Assembly: GCF_022539665.2 (NCBI RefSeq)
Contig: NC_081331.1
Span: 11,346,001-11,410,000 of the forward strand
Direction of reading: 5' to 3'
DNA length: 64,000 bases
Source: Daphnia carinata
Taxonomy: Eukaryota
Position numbers and translations under genes: made by a program
Notes under the pieces: model-generated
The model's database searches: none
What the model was told of the DNA's origin: nothing
What the model saw: the letters and a program-made list of their open reading frames with translations, nothing else
In this document: piece by piece, positions 1 through 13,229 of the stretch
Layout: the number at the start of each line of letters is the position of its first letter
Numbering within the stretch: position 1 is the first letter of the stretch

Positions 1-1755
1 ATGGCGTTGTCAATACCGCAGGTGAAAATAGATTCGCCTAGGGTTACCATGCCATTCATCTGATTTCCATGACCGACACCTCCAATGCGGTGACTCTCTC
101 CGGTAGCCACATCCCAACTAGTGATAGTACCATCGTGGGATCCGGTAAATACTGTATCGCGATTTTTATTCACTGTCATGACAGTTATCGGTTTGTTGTG
201 GCCCTACGTCACAAAACGAGATGACGTTTAATTCTTTGATCGCCGTAATTTCAAAATTGCATAAACAGCCCACCTTAATAACACGAAGAGGTTTGCTTGG
301 GTTGGCCGGGTCAAGGTAAGAAATATGTCCAGCCAAAGAAACAGACAACATATGTTTACCCTGCCATAGGCAGGAAACTTGTTGATCCTCAATAGCAGTG
401 CCCATCGGAAATTCAGTAATTAAGCTCATTGTGGCCACGTCCCAGGTTTTGCATGTCTTGTCGCCAGACGCGGACAACAAACTCTTACTATCAGGGCTCC
501 AAGCGACTGCGTAAACTCCTCCGCTGTGGGCCGGGCTTCCTGGATTATCAGTCTTCAATGAAAACATGCCCAAATAGCAACACAATTTACTAAACCTTAC
601 CTAATTCGCCAATCAAGTCCGATGTCTTTCCGTCATAAATGAAGATCTTGCCATCAAAACCTCCAGTGGCAAAATGATCTCCATTCGGGGAGTAGCGGAC
701 CGACTGGACGTAACGTTGATGCTCTGTTTTAGTCATCTTCCACTTGAATGGAGGACCTAATATTGAAGTATATTGGTAACGCATGAAGCGCAACAAATGA
801 AAAAAACACAATATAGTACAATTAGGTACCTTCGAAAACAGTTACAGAGTTATCTTCACTTCCAGCAATAATCTTAAAAGGCCTTGCTGGACGAAAATCA
901 CAAGAATTAATGGGCTTGGACGGCCCACCAATGGTGCCGTTGGAAGTGCCGGTATCCACCAAGAAGACATGGCCAAAGCTAAAAGTTAAAATCTTATATA
1001 CTTGTTTACATATAAATTTAATAATGATTTACCATTCTCTGCCCTCTCCAACTACAACCATACGTTGATTATCAGGAGACCATGCCAAATCCTTGATTGG
1101 ACCAGCAAATGGTTGAAGCTCAATTTTACAAATATGCTCCTTGTTGACAGTATCCCAGATTCTGACTTTGCCTGATTGATCTGACAAAAAAGCCAAATAG
1201 AAGTAAGGATAATTGGATGCTCAAACTACATAATGTAAACAGTATTTACCAGCAGACGCAATATAGAACCCACTTGGGGAATATTTGGCTACATTCACTT
1301 GGCAAGAATGTTCAGTGTAAGTCTCAGCAATCTCAGGGTTCTAGGAAAATTTACAAAGTGAATGATGCACATGTCAGTGAATAAGCAATTGTCAAAACAG
1401 GTATCACCTACCTCAATGTTTCGAATAATCACACTATTTCCATGAGTGTACAGGAAGTTTTTCCCTTTGGGATCTCCACCTAGAACAAGTGGCTGCCCTC
1501 GCTGGGTTCTGGGCAAGGAAGCAAACAAAGCCTCTGTAAACGGAAACGATGAAATTATATTTAAATCAAAATTTATCTGAATAACAGAGGACATTGACGA
1601 TCCACACTATCAGTACATATGGAAAATCGTTTGTCTATTGCGTCAAGAACCAAACTGTTTGGCAGAAACCCCGCTTTCATATAACAGTTAACTATAGCGA
1701 ACAGTCAAGCACTTTAAATTTAATATAATTTTAACTTACTATTTGTGAAAGACAT
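1..1755 (-). CDS. WDR1: WD repeat protein 1 / actin-interacting protein 1 (AIP1, flare); multi-exon, runs off the left edge of the window
   Basis: ATG at 1755 (MSFTN, then gtaag intron). Exons encode [51 protein letters not shown] and [13 protein letters not shown], all typical of the AIP1 N-terminal beta-propeller. Confidence 0.93.
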
Positions 1756-2562
1756 TGTTTCTATGTCAGCAAAGCCGGCAATTTGAGTATGATAAGATTG
1801 AGAGAGAGGTAGACGCCAAATCCACTCAAAAATGACTTCGGCTATCTGTGTCTTCTGCTACAAGGGAGGGTGGGGCGTTTAAGCAATGGCTTATCTAACC
1901 CACGGTACTACACCTCCCCCTGTCCACCTCTTAAGTGACGTCCCCTACAGGAAAAGAAATAGAAAAATGATATGCCCAAATTAGGGCATGGGACTGCTTT
2001 TCAATAAACTGTAAAACTGTCCATTCCTGCCACTTATATCAGTATAATACTATTCAATGAGAACGATTGTTCAAAATATTTGTTGCGATTTTTTGAGATA
2101 GCGTTAGACAGGCACTGTCGACCGAGCTCTCTTATGGAAATGCCCATGAATTCTAAAATTCCTTGTTTAGAAATTATGGCAACTGGCTACTTACAGTGTT
2201 ATGTTCCCTGCTTATCGCTTGTTACAAATGTCATTCTTGATAAGCTATTAGTAACCGAATTAACGAAAAATAAAGAACAACTTAAAATAGCAAAACAATG
2301 TATTGCGTGGAACCGGAAGAAGGTATATAAATGTGCCAATGAAACGTTGCGATACAAATGTTGTAACATCAGTGAGCCATCGGTATGAGCATGTGTAGCA
2401 ACATCGCGTACTCATGAATGCACCTTCTTTTAGATATCACTTTTAAAATGCTTTATTCTGTGGGAGGTCCATTATTTTCAGGCAATATCAGCTTTGGGAT
2501 TGGCGAGAAAACGCAATGGTATCCATGATTACAAGTGGAAACTCCCGCTCACTGTTTTTGAT

Positions 2563-3706
2563 TTAAACATTTTTTCCTCTAAACTTTTGCGCAAGGTCTT
2601 GTAAAACTTCTTGGAACGTCCGCTGAGTGATATTACTGCTAACAAGCATCAAGACAAACCAGTCGCCAATATGACAACGACCGAAGACTGTTTCCACTTC
2701 ACTGGAATCAAAACTACGACCAGCTTTCTTCTTTAACAAATATAGTCGAACTTTTGGTACAACAAGTGTGACAACTCTAAAGATAAAAGCTATGCCAGTC
2801 AAAATGGCCAAGATGATGTACCAAAACCAGAGAAAAATGAAAATCTTTTCGTTCAGAATATTGACTGGTAAGATACACAAAGCGTCATATTGTTGGAGAG
2901 TGCCAGATGGACCATACATCTTGAACAAGCACTTTGTTAATTTAGGAAATACCTAAAAATAAAGAGAAAATGATTTAAATTACGTTCACGACACCATTGG
3001 AGAAGAATTGCGCATTTACGTAAGACATAGGGTCGGAACGGTCTTCAGGATCCATTGCAGATTGAGACACAACATTTGTGCCATATTTGGTGAATTCGCC
3101 ACCGAGAAACACGTCTACCATAAATATTTGGACGATAATGTTGATGGTGTTCAGCAGCTCACAAACAAAAAAACCGATTGCGTATACGTGATGCTGATGC
3201 ACATTTACGAACAAGTAGTCGACCAGATTATGTTTCGCGTTTCTGTGAACGTCTGTTTGCACGACGGAAAAATGCAAATCTTCCACAAGGGCTTTCATCC
3301 GCCCGCCTTCCCAAAACTTCCAAGCGAAACGAGGTAGATAGAAAGTGATGGTCTGGAAGAGTAGGAAGAATGCAACCCATTGGTAGTATTTGTGGTATAC
3401 CAATTGGTCGTCCTCTTTTGGAGTGCCAAGACCAGGAATAGGTCCTTCCGTGCCTGGCCCTTTCGGCAACGTATGGGTTGAATGAATCCAGCAGTACTTG
3501 TCAAGAACAGGGCCAGGAATTGGACTATTTTCGGCATTGATGATGCAGTCGATTGGGTCTCCGACATACTGCTTAAGTGATATTAAAGTGGTTGAAACGG
3601 CTAGAATAATTACCGTTAACTTGTAGTGGCATCGAAAGATATTGTTATCTGTTTTGATTGGTGCAATCTTCAGAATGCTCTTTACTGCATTCAGATCCCC
3701 CAACAT
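2563..3706 (-). CDS. Innexin (inx2-like), 2 exons (3706-3020, 2952-2563)
   Basis: Innexin signatures QYVGDPIDC, YCWIHST, YHKYYQWV, VFPKLTKC and CILPVNILNEKIFIFLWFW; GT-AG intron at 2953-3019. Confidence 0.93.
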
Positions 3707-4138
3707 TGTATTACTTGCAAATGTTTCGATACGTCTTAACGAATGGAATTGAAAAACGAAGAAGCTAAAACTATTTAGCTAGTTGCTACTCTTATCCAAA
3801 TGCAACCCTCGCCACTGTTTACTTGTACGTTACTTACGTATCTCGAATTGTGTGACAAAGAACAAAACTTTAGGGATCATTCATGTCCATGTTTTAGGCA
3901 GGCTGATAAGATAAGGCACACTTTGTTAGTTTTAAATGATAATTGCTACAAGGGAACATTACATTTAGCCAAAAAGGTCAATTTCCGTGTATACAGTTCA
4001 AATGCACGTCACTGTTGAATAAGGCGGTTAATTAGCGACATTCGTGCTGGATACCGTACATAATTTACAAAAATGATTTAGTATCTCTTAATTCAGTACA
4101 AATAAAGAAAGGATGGAACATTTCGTGGATTCACTTCT

Positions 4139-5294
4139 TTAAATGTCTTTGCCTCTGAATTTTTTTGCAAGCTCATCTATGACTTCTTGGAATATCCACT
4201 GGTTGACATTGCTACTGACGAGCATGAGAACAAACCAGTCACCAATCTGACATCTGCGGAAGACTGTTTCGGTTTGACTGGAATCGAAATCTCGTCCTGC
4301 CCGTCTTTGCAAGAGGAAGAGTCGAAGCTTGGGCAAAACCAGAGTGAAAACCCGATACAACAGGCCAAGACCTGTCACTACAGCAAGAATAATGTACCAA
4401 AACCAGAGGAAAATGAAAATTTTTTCGTTCAGAATGTTGACGGGTAGAACGCAATAAGCGTCAAACTGTTGAACGGTACCGGACGGGCCATACATCTTGA
4501 ACAGACATTTCGTTACTTTCGGAAAAACCTATTCACAAAAAAGAATTCAAATTAAACTTGGGGATACACTAACGTCATAATAATTGCTTTCATACGTAAG
4601 ACATGGGATCGGTGCGGTCTTCCGGGTTCATGCCCGTTTGCGCGAGAACGTTTCCTCCGTATTCTGTGAATTCGCCCCCGAGAAATTTGTCCACCAAGAA
4701 TATTTCTCCAACAATGTTGATGGCATTCAGAACTTCGCAGACGAAAAAGCTAGCAGCGTATGCTTGGTGCTGGTTCACGTTAACAAGAAGATAGTCGACC
4801 AGATTGTGTTTCGCTTGTTCTTCAACGTCTGACGGCATGATGGAGGTACTCAAATCTTCCACAATGGCTTTCATTCTTCCAGCTTCCCAAAATTTCCAGA
4901 TGAATCGCGGTATGTAGAAGGTGATGGCCTGGAAAAGGAGGAAAAATCCAACCCATTGGTAATACTTGTGGTATATCATTTTGTCGCCTTCTTTTGGAGT
5001 GCCCAGACCGGGGATAGGCATGGATCCTTCGCCTTTTATTACGGGTTGATTTGGTAAGGTGTGCGTCGAATGTATCCAGCAGTAATTGTCAAGAACTTTG
5101 TTGGGAAACGGAGATTTTTCAGCGTTGATGAAACAATCGATGGGATCTCCAACGTACTGGTTCAAAGAGACCAATGTTGCAGACAAGGTTAGGAAAATCA
5201 CAGTCAACTTGTAGTGACAACGAAAAATGTTGTTGTCTGTCTTGATTGGATCAATTTTAAAGAGTCCCTTAAGGGACATAAAGTCTGGCAACAT
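4139..5294 (-). CDS. Innexin (inx2-like), tandem paralog, 2 exons (5294-4596, 4528-4139)
   Basis: Same innexin motifs (QYVGDPIDC, YHKYYQWV, CVLPVNILNEKIF); the intron falls at the same codon position (DPMSY|VFPK) as in the neighbouring copy. Confidence 0.93.
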
Positions 5295-5782
5295 TTTTTC
5301 ACGTTAGTTTTTGTTCTTTCAAGAATTTAATAGAAGCTGGGGAAGTGAAACAAAATAATAGACGTATGCCTTCTCACAGTCGCACAACTGACAATTTCGC
5401 TTGCTGTCTGTAGTCGACTTTCCAGATACGAAACCCAAACGTTTAGAACTATAGTCGATTCCCAGGTGATAAGATAAGATTTAAAACGTTGAGCAACCAC
5501 CCTGAGCAAATGGAAAGAACGACATCGGCCTCCGTCACTTCCCGTGTACAACTCAAATAGAAGAAAATCGTGTCACAAGATAACAGACCTGCATGACTTA
5601 TTGAACTAATTGCTTATACTGTTTAACTAACAATAGTTTTTTTTTGAAGTTTAACACAGCATTCTTTAAGTCTTTATACGAATTTCACGATTACTAATTG
5701 TTAAACTATCGTGTATTTCCTAGAATATTCAAAACGGTTTGTCCATGCTGCTGCGTTCGTTAAACCAATAGAAATTGAATGG

Positions 5783-8071
5783 TCAAAATTCGGGATGGCT
5801 GAAAATCTCATGACGGATTTGATCGCATTTGCTTTGGTCACCAATATCGGTGGTAACGATGCGGCAGAGCAAATTTGAGCGACATCGATTGGTACAACCT
5901 TCAGCCACAACCTCATCCGCATTCTTGTGGTAGTTCCTTCACAACAAAGTTACGATATTTATATTGAGCCGCGCAGTTATTACCAATTATTGTCTTACTT
6001 GAAATAGAGCTGGAAGAGGGCGTCGTCTGTCAACATACGCTGGAAAAGTGCATCCATCGACTGCGGACTCAAGTCGGTAAGGCCATATTCCTGTTTAGCC
6101 TGGTAAAGTTCTGTCCAAACAGGCTCTACGTCCCCTCCTTTTAGGTTGGCATCAGTCAGATTCATGATGTAAGTATTAAAATCAAGCACGGCCTGAATCG
6201 TATATATATCTTGTAAATACGTCATTAAAAAAAATGATAATTTCATGGAAACCTACCCAAGTAGAGCCAGGGCGTTGACCATCGACTGTGTAAGTTCGGT
6301 AACCCGGATTTAGTTTGGAGTAGGTAGTAAGACTTGGGGCGATGAAAGCCACGTTGACAGGACGAGTGACGTCGACCGTATCGTAAAACACTTTGTATTC
6401 GTCTTTGTGAGTATGACCGTAAAACTGGGCGGCAACCGTCGACTCGAAACGGTTAATGATCTTGGCAAATTCCCGGCTGAAAATGGTCCAGCAGTCGCCG
6501 TTACCAGGCGGAATGTGACTGAGGATATGAACCTAAGGTGGGAGAAAGTTAATTATCGCATCTAAAATAACTACGTGAGCTAATACTTTTTCTCCGTTCA
6601 GTTCAGCTTCTTCCAGAATTTGATTGAGCCAAAGAAGACTAGAGGCTGGATCTTGCGATTTGAAATATGTCCAGTAATTTAAAGTGTAGCAGTAATTCAT
6701 ATTCATCGAGACAATGCGAAGACCCGGTTGAACCAGAGTAGTGTAGTAACCTCCGTACTGGATCGTGGATGAGGCATCAGCCGGAAGCCATCGTGCCCAT
6801 TGTCGGTCTGCTTCGTCATAAAGCCAAGCGGTGTTGAGTTCGACGTCCGTAATTTCTGGTGGAGCAAAGCTGTTATGAAAGCAAAGCAACGATTAATCAC
6901 GTTACGTCACGATTATTGCAATAAGAACGGATTCTTACGAGTTGACTGGATGAGACTCGTGGTTTCCCAAAGTAGGATAGACAGGAACGCTGGGGAAGTA
7001 TTGCTGTATGAGAGTCATCAAACGATCAATGATCATAACATTCTCAGCTTTTTCTGTGGACCACACATCGTGAGGTGTCAAGTCTCCTGTCCAGATAATA
7101 TAACTAACATCCTAGAACACAATAATCATGTCTTTGTTTCTTGAAGTGGAATCACAAGGGCGGATAAATGTTGTTTACCGTATGCAGGGCAGCCATTTGA
7201 GCTACGGCATTTTCTACCAAATACCAAGGTAGATCACAAGTACGATAATCACCCCAATATCCAGCAGCATCTGTGGCGTTTACAACCTCTCCGGAGGTAG
7301 CGCGACAGCAAAGTGGATCTCCGCACACAGCGTTCGATCCAGGGAGGTATTCGGGATCCCAATGAAGATCAGTCAAATGAAGAACTTTGACTGTTGGTGA
7401 TCCTTCCTGCATTAAACAATTGTTTTATGTGTTACATTTGACAGCATAAAATATCTTATGCATGTAGATACCGGAGGCGGGCTTAATTGATTCACGGGCG
7501 GTTTGGTATCTGCGTTGATGTCGATGGCCCATTCTAACTGTTCTGGATTAGACAGTCTACAATCCTGGTCTTGGATAAGCATGCCGCAAACGTTTCCCAA
7601 AGTAACCACGTTGCTGCTGTCAATGTATTTGATAGTTGGCTGTTTTTAATAGAAGAAACAAAAAGATTAACGATTTGTTGAGCCACGTTAAAAGAATTTC
7701 TTACCAGGAGGATGCGTGCCGTTCCGCCGCATACTTGATCAGGATTAGCAAAAATGTCTAGTCTTACACAGACATCGACAACGTACTCGATGATTTGCTC
7801 GTCGGTTACACTTTCATTCCGCAGTAGCTGGTAGATATCGGTCACGAATTCATTGCAAAGGGAACACGTTATAACATTCCGGTCTGTATCTTCGGATGGC
7901 ATCGGTAATAGTTTCGTTGTTTCGGGAGCTGGCGCACCTGAGAGGTAAAACATTTAGATTGTACGTAATAAATTTTCATTCTTTTGCTTTCCAAAATATT
8001 TAAGTACCTTCTAGCACTGTAAAGGTGCTACCAGCCAAAACAATAACCAACAGCGAAAGACAGCGCATCAT
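5783..8071 (-). CDS. Acid sphingomyelinase (SMPD1-like) paralog 1; multi-exon
   Basis: Signal peptide MMRCLSLLVIVLAG, saposin-like CSLC..C region, metallophosphoesterase motifs HLTDLHWD, WTGDLTPH, GNHESHP, HIPPG and FYGHTH. The last exon ends ...FSHPEF* at 5783. Confidence 0.9.
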
Positions 8072-10592
8072 TTCGTGTGACTACTGCGGTCGGAAGACAA
8101 GTAACGAACGATTAAGAACCCACGTACATAAAGATCCCAGACAGCCGGTGTTGATTTGAGGATTTATATTCCCCATTTTTTTTTCATAGATAATACAAAG
8201 CAACAACTTGTTTTTCATCGTCTGTCGTAGTGCTTTGGTCTAGTAGATTAAGGAATGGGAACGATCAGGTGTCACGCGTTTGATAACCAGGTGGAAATAA
8301 CATTGCGTCACCCTATAGATTTGACGGGATTATCACAGTGCCTCAGTCACCTTTTCCCAATTGTATCGATTTATAAGGGTTGTATTAGATGAGTGCATTG
8401 CCGTTCGCCTTGTATTTTTACTTTTAGTTTTCTGTATAGCAGATGCTTAGATGGAATTTACAACGAGGTCGCGATCACAATTAAGAAGACGCGGAACCCC
8501 AAAAACATTTTATTACGAGCAGCATTAAAAAAATTAGGTCTTTTGGTACTGGTTGAAAGGCCTCTAACAACCTCTTAGCTAAGTTTCCTTGCCTGTCCTG
8601 TCGCCATGCTTTGTTCTCTTGATTAACAAAGGATTCAAAAATCACGTCCAGCAGAGACCCTGCTTTCAGGACAGATCCGCCCAACGATGTACTCGTCGCG
8701 GTTCGTTAAGGCGTCTTCACCAGTACGACCTGAAAGACGGGGAACACGTTAGTATGAATGCAAATTAAATATAAGCAATTGCAAGGGTAGTTGTAACAGA
8801 AAACATAAAATGGGCATTACTTTTATGGTGATTTCCATTGTATGAAACTGATTAAGTATTCTTCGAAATAAAGCAATGAGACGTCTTATACTCTACAGAA
8901 TGTCGACTGATGCTAAAGCCAACAATTCGGCTTGGTTTTTATACCTGTTCTTTATCCGCCATGCTCCAATTCTCTTTTTCGCGTATGCTAAACATAATCA
9001 GAGTGAATGAGGAAGGACAGCATCGTAACCAAGGTGCTTCAATTACGAATAGCCATACGGCATGAGGAAAATCAATACCAACATCGTGATAATACACCCG
9101 TGCACAAGATTTCGCGGGTCTAGCGTAATAGTTTTTTATTGTTTCGCCCAAAATTCAAAGAAAAAACCATAATGCTTCATTAGTCTTATACCAGAAAAAT
9201 AGTAATAATATAATCATAAATGCCGTCTTGGTTCGGGAAGCAAATTGGTGTTTCACCAACTATAGTAATGCCTAGCATTTGAAATCAATTTCACAGTGTT
9301 GTAATAATGTCTTTCGGTTGTATAGTTAACTGATTTTGTTGTACAAGGATGTTGCAACGAAGCCTTGAGGTAAAAATAAACTAATTACCATTGGTGGCTA
9401 CTAACTTGGTCCACGAAGGACGTCGTTTAGACTACGAATTACCTTTAATTTCGCCGAGCATTTTTGAAAAGCAATCGGTATTGCACACCACATCAAGTTG
9501 AGAAAGTTTTCTATTAGCGACGGTAGCTTAATAGTCCTTGTACATTTGAAATGTAGCTAGCATTTAGAGTGATCATTCAGCATTCACTAGGTAAGTGAAT
9601 CCGTTGGCTAGTCATTAAGGCCACGCAGATTTCGACTAGATGTCATTGCGTGAGTTCAATTCGTGTCTTTGCGTCCGCTGAGCACGGCTTGATTGTATGG
9701 TACCTACTGGGATTTACTACCTCTTGTTTTGAGGTGTTCTCAACAAAGCTGGGGTGATAAAAAAAATAATGCGTTCGATTTTTCACGCCTTTCTATAATG
9801 TCCGTCAGGTGAAAATCGGGTGTCCATGCAATCATTACAATTCGATTGTTGGTGAATAGTTTTGAGTTTCTAAGGATAGTATAATGGTAATAGAGTTTTT
9901 TTGTCATTGTTTGACAGAATGCTGCAACAATTCCTATTGCTTTCTTTAACCGTACCGATTGTGCTTTCCAAAAACAGGTCATTTTGAACAGTTTTCTAGC
10001 ACGGCCACTCTTATACCGTCAGTCCGTGACGACTGAAGTCCGTGATGCTATTTAGCGACAACAACATTTTGAAATAGAAAGCGATTGAGTTAAATGGAGC
10101 AAGCCGTGGGATCCACCTTGTTTTATTTTATTTCTCCTTTTTGAGGATTTTTTCGTGCAGGTTCTCGATGATATCAGTAGCGTTAGCTTGTAAATCCTTA
10201 TCGAAATCATTACAGTTACGCTGGACTAGTTAGCAGCGTAGATACGTAACTTTCAAACTAAGTTAGCATGTTTCTTTACCTGCATGCCAGCTGTTTCTAG
10301 CTGTTTAGTGCTTCACAGTTCGTTTATTTTTACGCTTGTTTCTTAGTCATGCTCCAATCGCACTATCGAAACGTTTAAGCAAAACGTAAACAAATCGTGC
10401 CAGAATACGCCCGACTATATCTGTTGAAGGTCAACCTTCCAACATGATACGTATGGTTATTGGTATTTTCCAGGAAAACAACGTGGTAAGAGAGGAATGG
10501 TTGAAATAATCTGTCGAATTTAATGGAAGACCAACTTCTCAGAACATCGAGCAGTTTCCCCAAAACGGGCACAAGCTAAATAGAACAAATGA

Positions 10593-12924
10593 TCACAATT
10601 CTTCATGCGTAAACATTTGTTTTGCAATTTGGGCACAGCGACTCCGATCAGCGATATCCGTTGTCACGATGAAACAGAGTAATCCTACACGACAGTCGTC
10701 GTCGCAACCTTGAGACATTTTTGTATCTGCACCTCTGTAATAGTTCCTGCATCGTAAGTCGAACAGAAATCGAGTTATTCCTTTGTGTAATTTTATGAAA
10801 ATTAGTAAGAAACAATGTTATACTTGAAATACTTCTGGAAAAGAACGTCATCAACCAATATCCGCTGGAAAAATTCATTCATGCTATCTGGGCTTAGGTC
10901 AACGAGGTCGTATTCTTTTTTGGCGTGGTAGAGCTCGAACCAAACAGGATCCTCACTTGGGCCCAACAAATTGGCTGCTGTCAAGTTGATGGCCCAAGTG
11001 GTAAAGTCGAGCACGGCCTGTCTCAAACGACGATAGCAAATTATGCACGTCTAATAATGCAGGTGACATGGAAAATGCCTAACCCAAGTCGAGCCAGGGC
11101 GTCTACCATCGATGGTGTACACTCGATACCCAGGATTGAGGTCCGTAAACGTTGTAAGACTTGGCCCCATAAAAGCCACGTTAGTTGGTCGACTTGTGTT
11201 AACAAGATCGTAAAATATTTTGAATTCATCTTTATGAGTGTGTCCGTAAAACTGAGCGGCTACTGTTGATTCAAATCGATTAATAGTCTTTGAAAATTCT
11301 CGACTAAATGTTGACCAACAGTCATTGTTTCCGGGTGGTATATGACTCACGATATGAACCTACGAACAAGAAGTGAAGTGTAATTTGTGTGATCTTAAAA
11401 CTATATTAGAGCGGTGTGCAATAACATCACCTTTTCACCGGCCTTTTCTGCATTTTGAAGGACCTTGTTTAACCAAACGAGACTGGCGGCAGGATCCTGA
11501 AATTTGGATAATGTCCACAAGTTTCCCGTGTAGCAATAATTTGTGTTTAACGATACAACACGAAGTCCCGGGTAAATAAGGGTAGTGTAGTAACCTCCAT
11601 AACGGATGGTTGATGACCCTTCATCCGGAAGCCATTGAGCCCACTGTCGAGCTGCAACGTCGTACAACCAAGCAGTGTTGATGGCTTCGTCCGTTATATC
11701 AGGTGGCGCAAAACTGGAATTCAAATCGAATTTCGTCATAAAGATCAAACCGACTGAAGCACTAAAATTCGCCAAAAATTGTGATACGTATCGGTGGGAT
11801 GAGATTCGTGATTTCCAAGAGTGGCGTATAACGGCGTTGATGGAAAATAGCGCTGGATCAAGTTCATTAGACGCTCCATAATGTAAATGTTGTCTTCTTT
11901 GCTAGTTGACCAAACGTTGTGTGGAACTAAGTCACCCGTCCATATGATATAAGCAGAATCCTTCAAAGAAAAAATAACGATTACTATATTTCCCGCAAAG
12001 TTACACGCCCTTATCCATCGTGACGTATACCGCATGCTTTTCTGCCATATGAGCTATGGCTTTTTCTATGAAATACCAAGGTAAATCGCATGTTCGGTAA
12101 TCTCCCCAATAGCCAGCAGCGTCTGTAGCTTTGTCGACGTCTCCTGAATCAGCTCGACAACACAGAAAATCTTCACATGCCGCGTTCGATCCAGCATGAT
12201 ATTCTGGGTCCCAATGGAGATCAGCTACATGGAGCACTTTCATTGTAGGAGATCCTAACTGAATACCAGAATAATATAATAAGTTAACAATTTTGTTTGC
12301 AATGTAGTTTTGATATGCATGGGGAAGTATGGTCATACCGATGGTGGGACAAACTGAGTTACAAGTGGTTTATCTACAGAACTAGATGCAATCTTCCAGT
12401 TTATGTTGTTGGGATCTGACAGAGAACAATTGTCAGCTTGTAGGTAAATCCCACATATATTGCCCTGAATCACCAGTGAATTGGTATACATGTACCTTAT
12501 GGTTGGCTATTCATAAAGCATTCATTAGTCAGTTTAAGTGTTTTTATGGATCATTGTCTAACATGAAATGGATGTAAAAAATCACCATTATGATTGAGGC
12601 AGTTCCATTGCAAACTTTGAAATTAAAAATGTTGAGAGCTTCACACCTCTGTCCAATAAGAAAAGAAATCTCTCTGTCACTCATGCCATTCTTCAGCCAA
12701 TCAGTAACTTCTTCCACTAGCTGATTGCAAAGAGCACACTTGCTTTCAGATGGCCATTGCGCTGCTGGTACGTCTGCGGAAGTAAATTTCCAAAACGCAA
12801 TGTGTCACTTTTAAGAAACGTGAACTTACTTTAGTAATTGTATACTTGAGAGAGCGGAAAAATCCAATAAACATATAAGATAAAGAAAAATAAAGAGTAA
12901 CTGGATCTTGCTTACAAACGACAT
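10593..12924 (-). CDS. Acid sphingomyelinase (SMPD1-like) paralog 2; multi-exon
   Basis: Hydrophobic first exon from ATG 12924, CALC saposin region, motifs HVADLHWD, WTGDLVPH, GNHESHP and FYGHTH. The last exon ends ...MFTHEEL*. Confidence 0.88.
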
Positions 12925-13229
12925 TCTATATCTTGTCTCAAAATGGGAGGAATCACTCAGAAGCGAAAAGATCCTTCAGACTGCCTCGTAGCGTTAGCAC
13001 CAGTGCGACAGTTATCCAACTTGTTTACAAAAAGTTGCAAACGTTGGAGAAGGCTAACTATTCCGCCCTCTATCGATAGAACTGTACAGTGGGAATACAT
13101 TCCCCGAAAGGAAGTTTGAAACGAATAAATGCGACTACCTAGCGATGCAGAATTGTAGTTGTATTAGTACTGAGGCGTGTCAGCCAGTTAAAAAACGGTG
13201 CAACAGAACGAAAAACGGTAGTTCGTCAT

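Noticed and set aside
1533..1739. Possible H/ACA snoRNA in the enlarged WDR1 intron 1
   Set aside because: Two loose hairpins are present, but there is no correctly placed H or ACA box and no recognisable guide.
5701..5922. 73-aa minus-strand ORF from the track as the last exon of sphingomyelinase 1
   Set aside because: It is the wrong frame. The frame homologous to the other paralogs (NYHKNAD..C..C..LLC..C) stops at 5783.
8390..10570. Short ORFs and scattered splice-like sites between sphingomyelinase paralogs 1 and 2
   Set aside because: I could not assemble a consistent exon chain or recognise a protein family.
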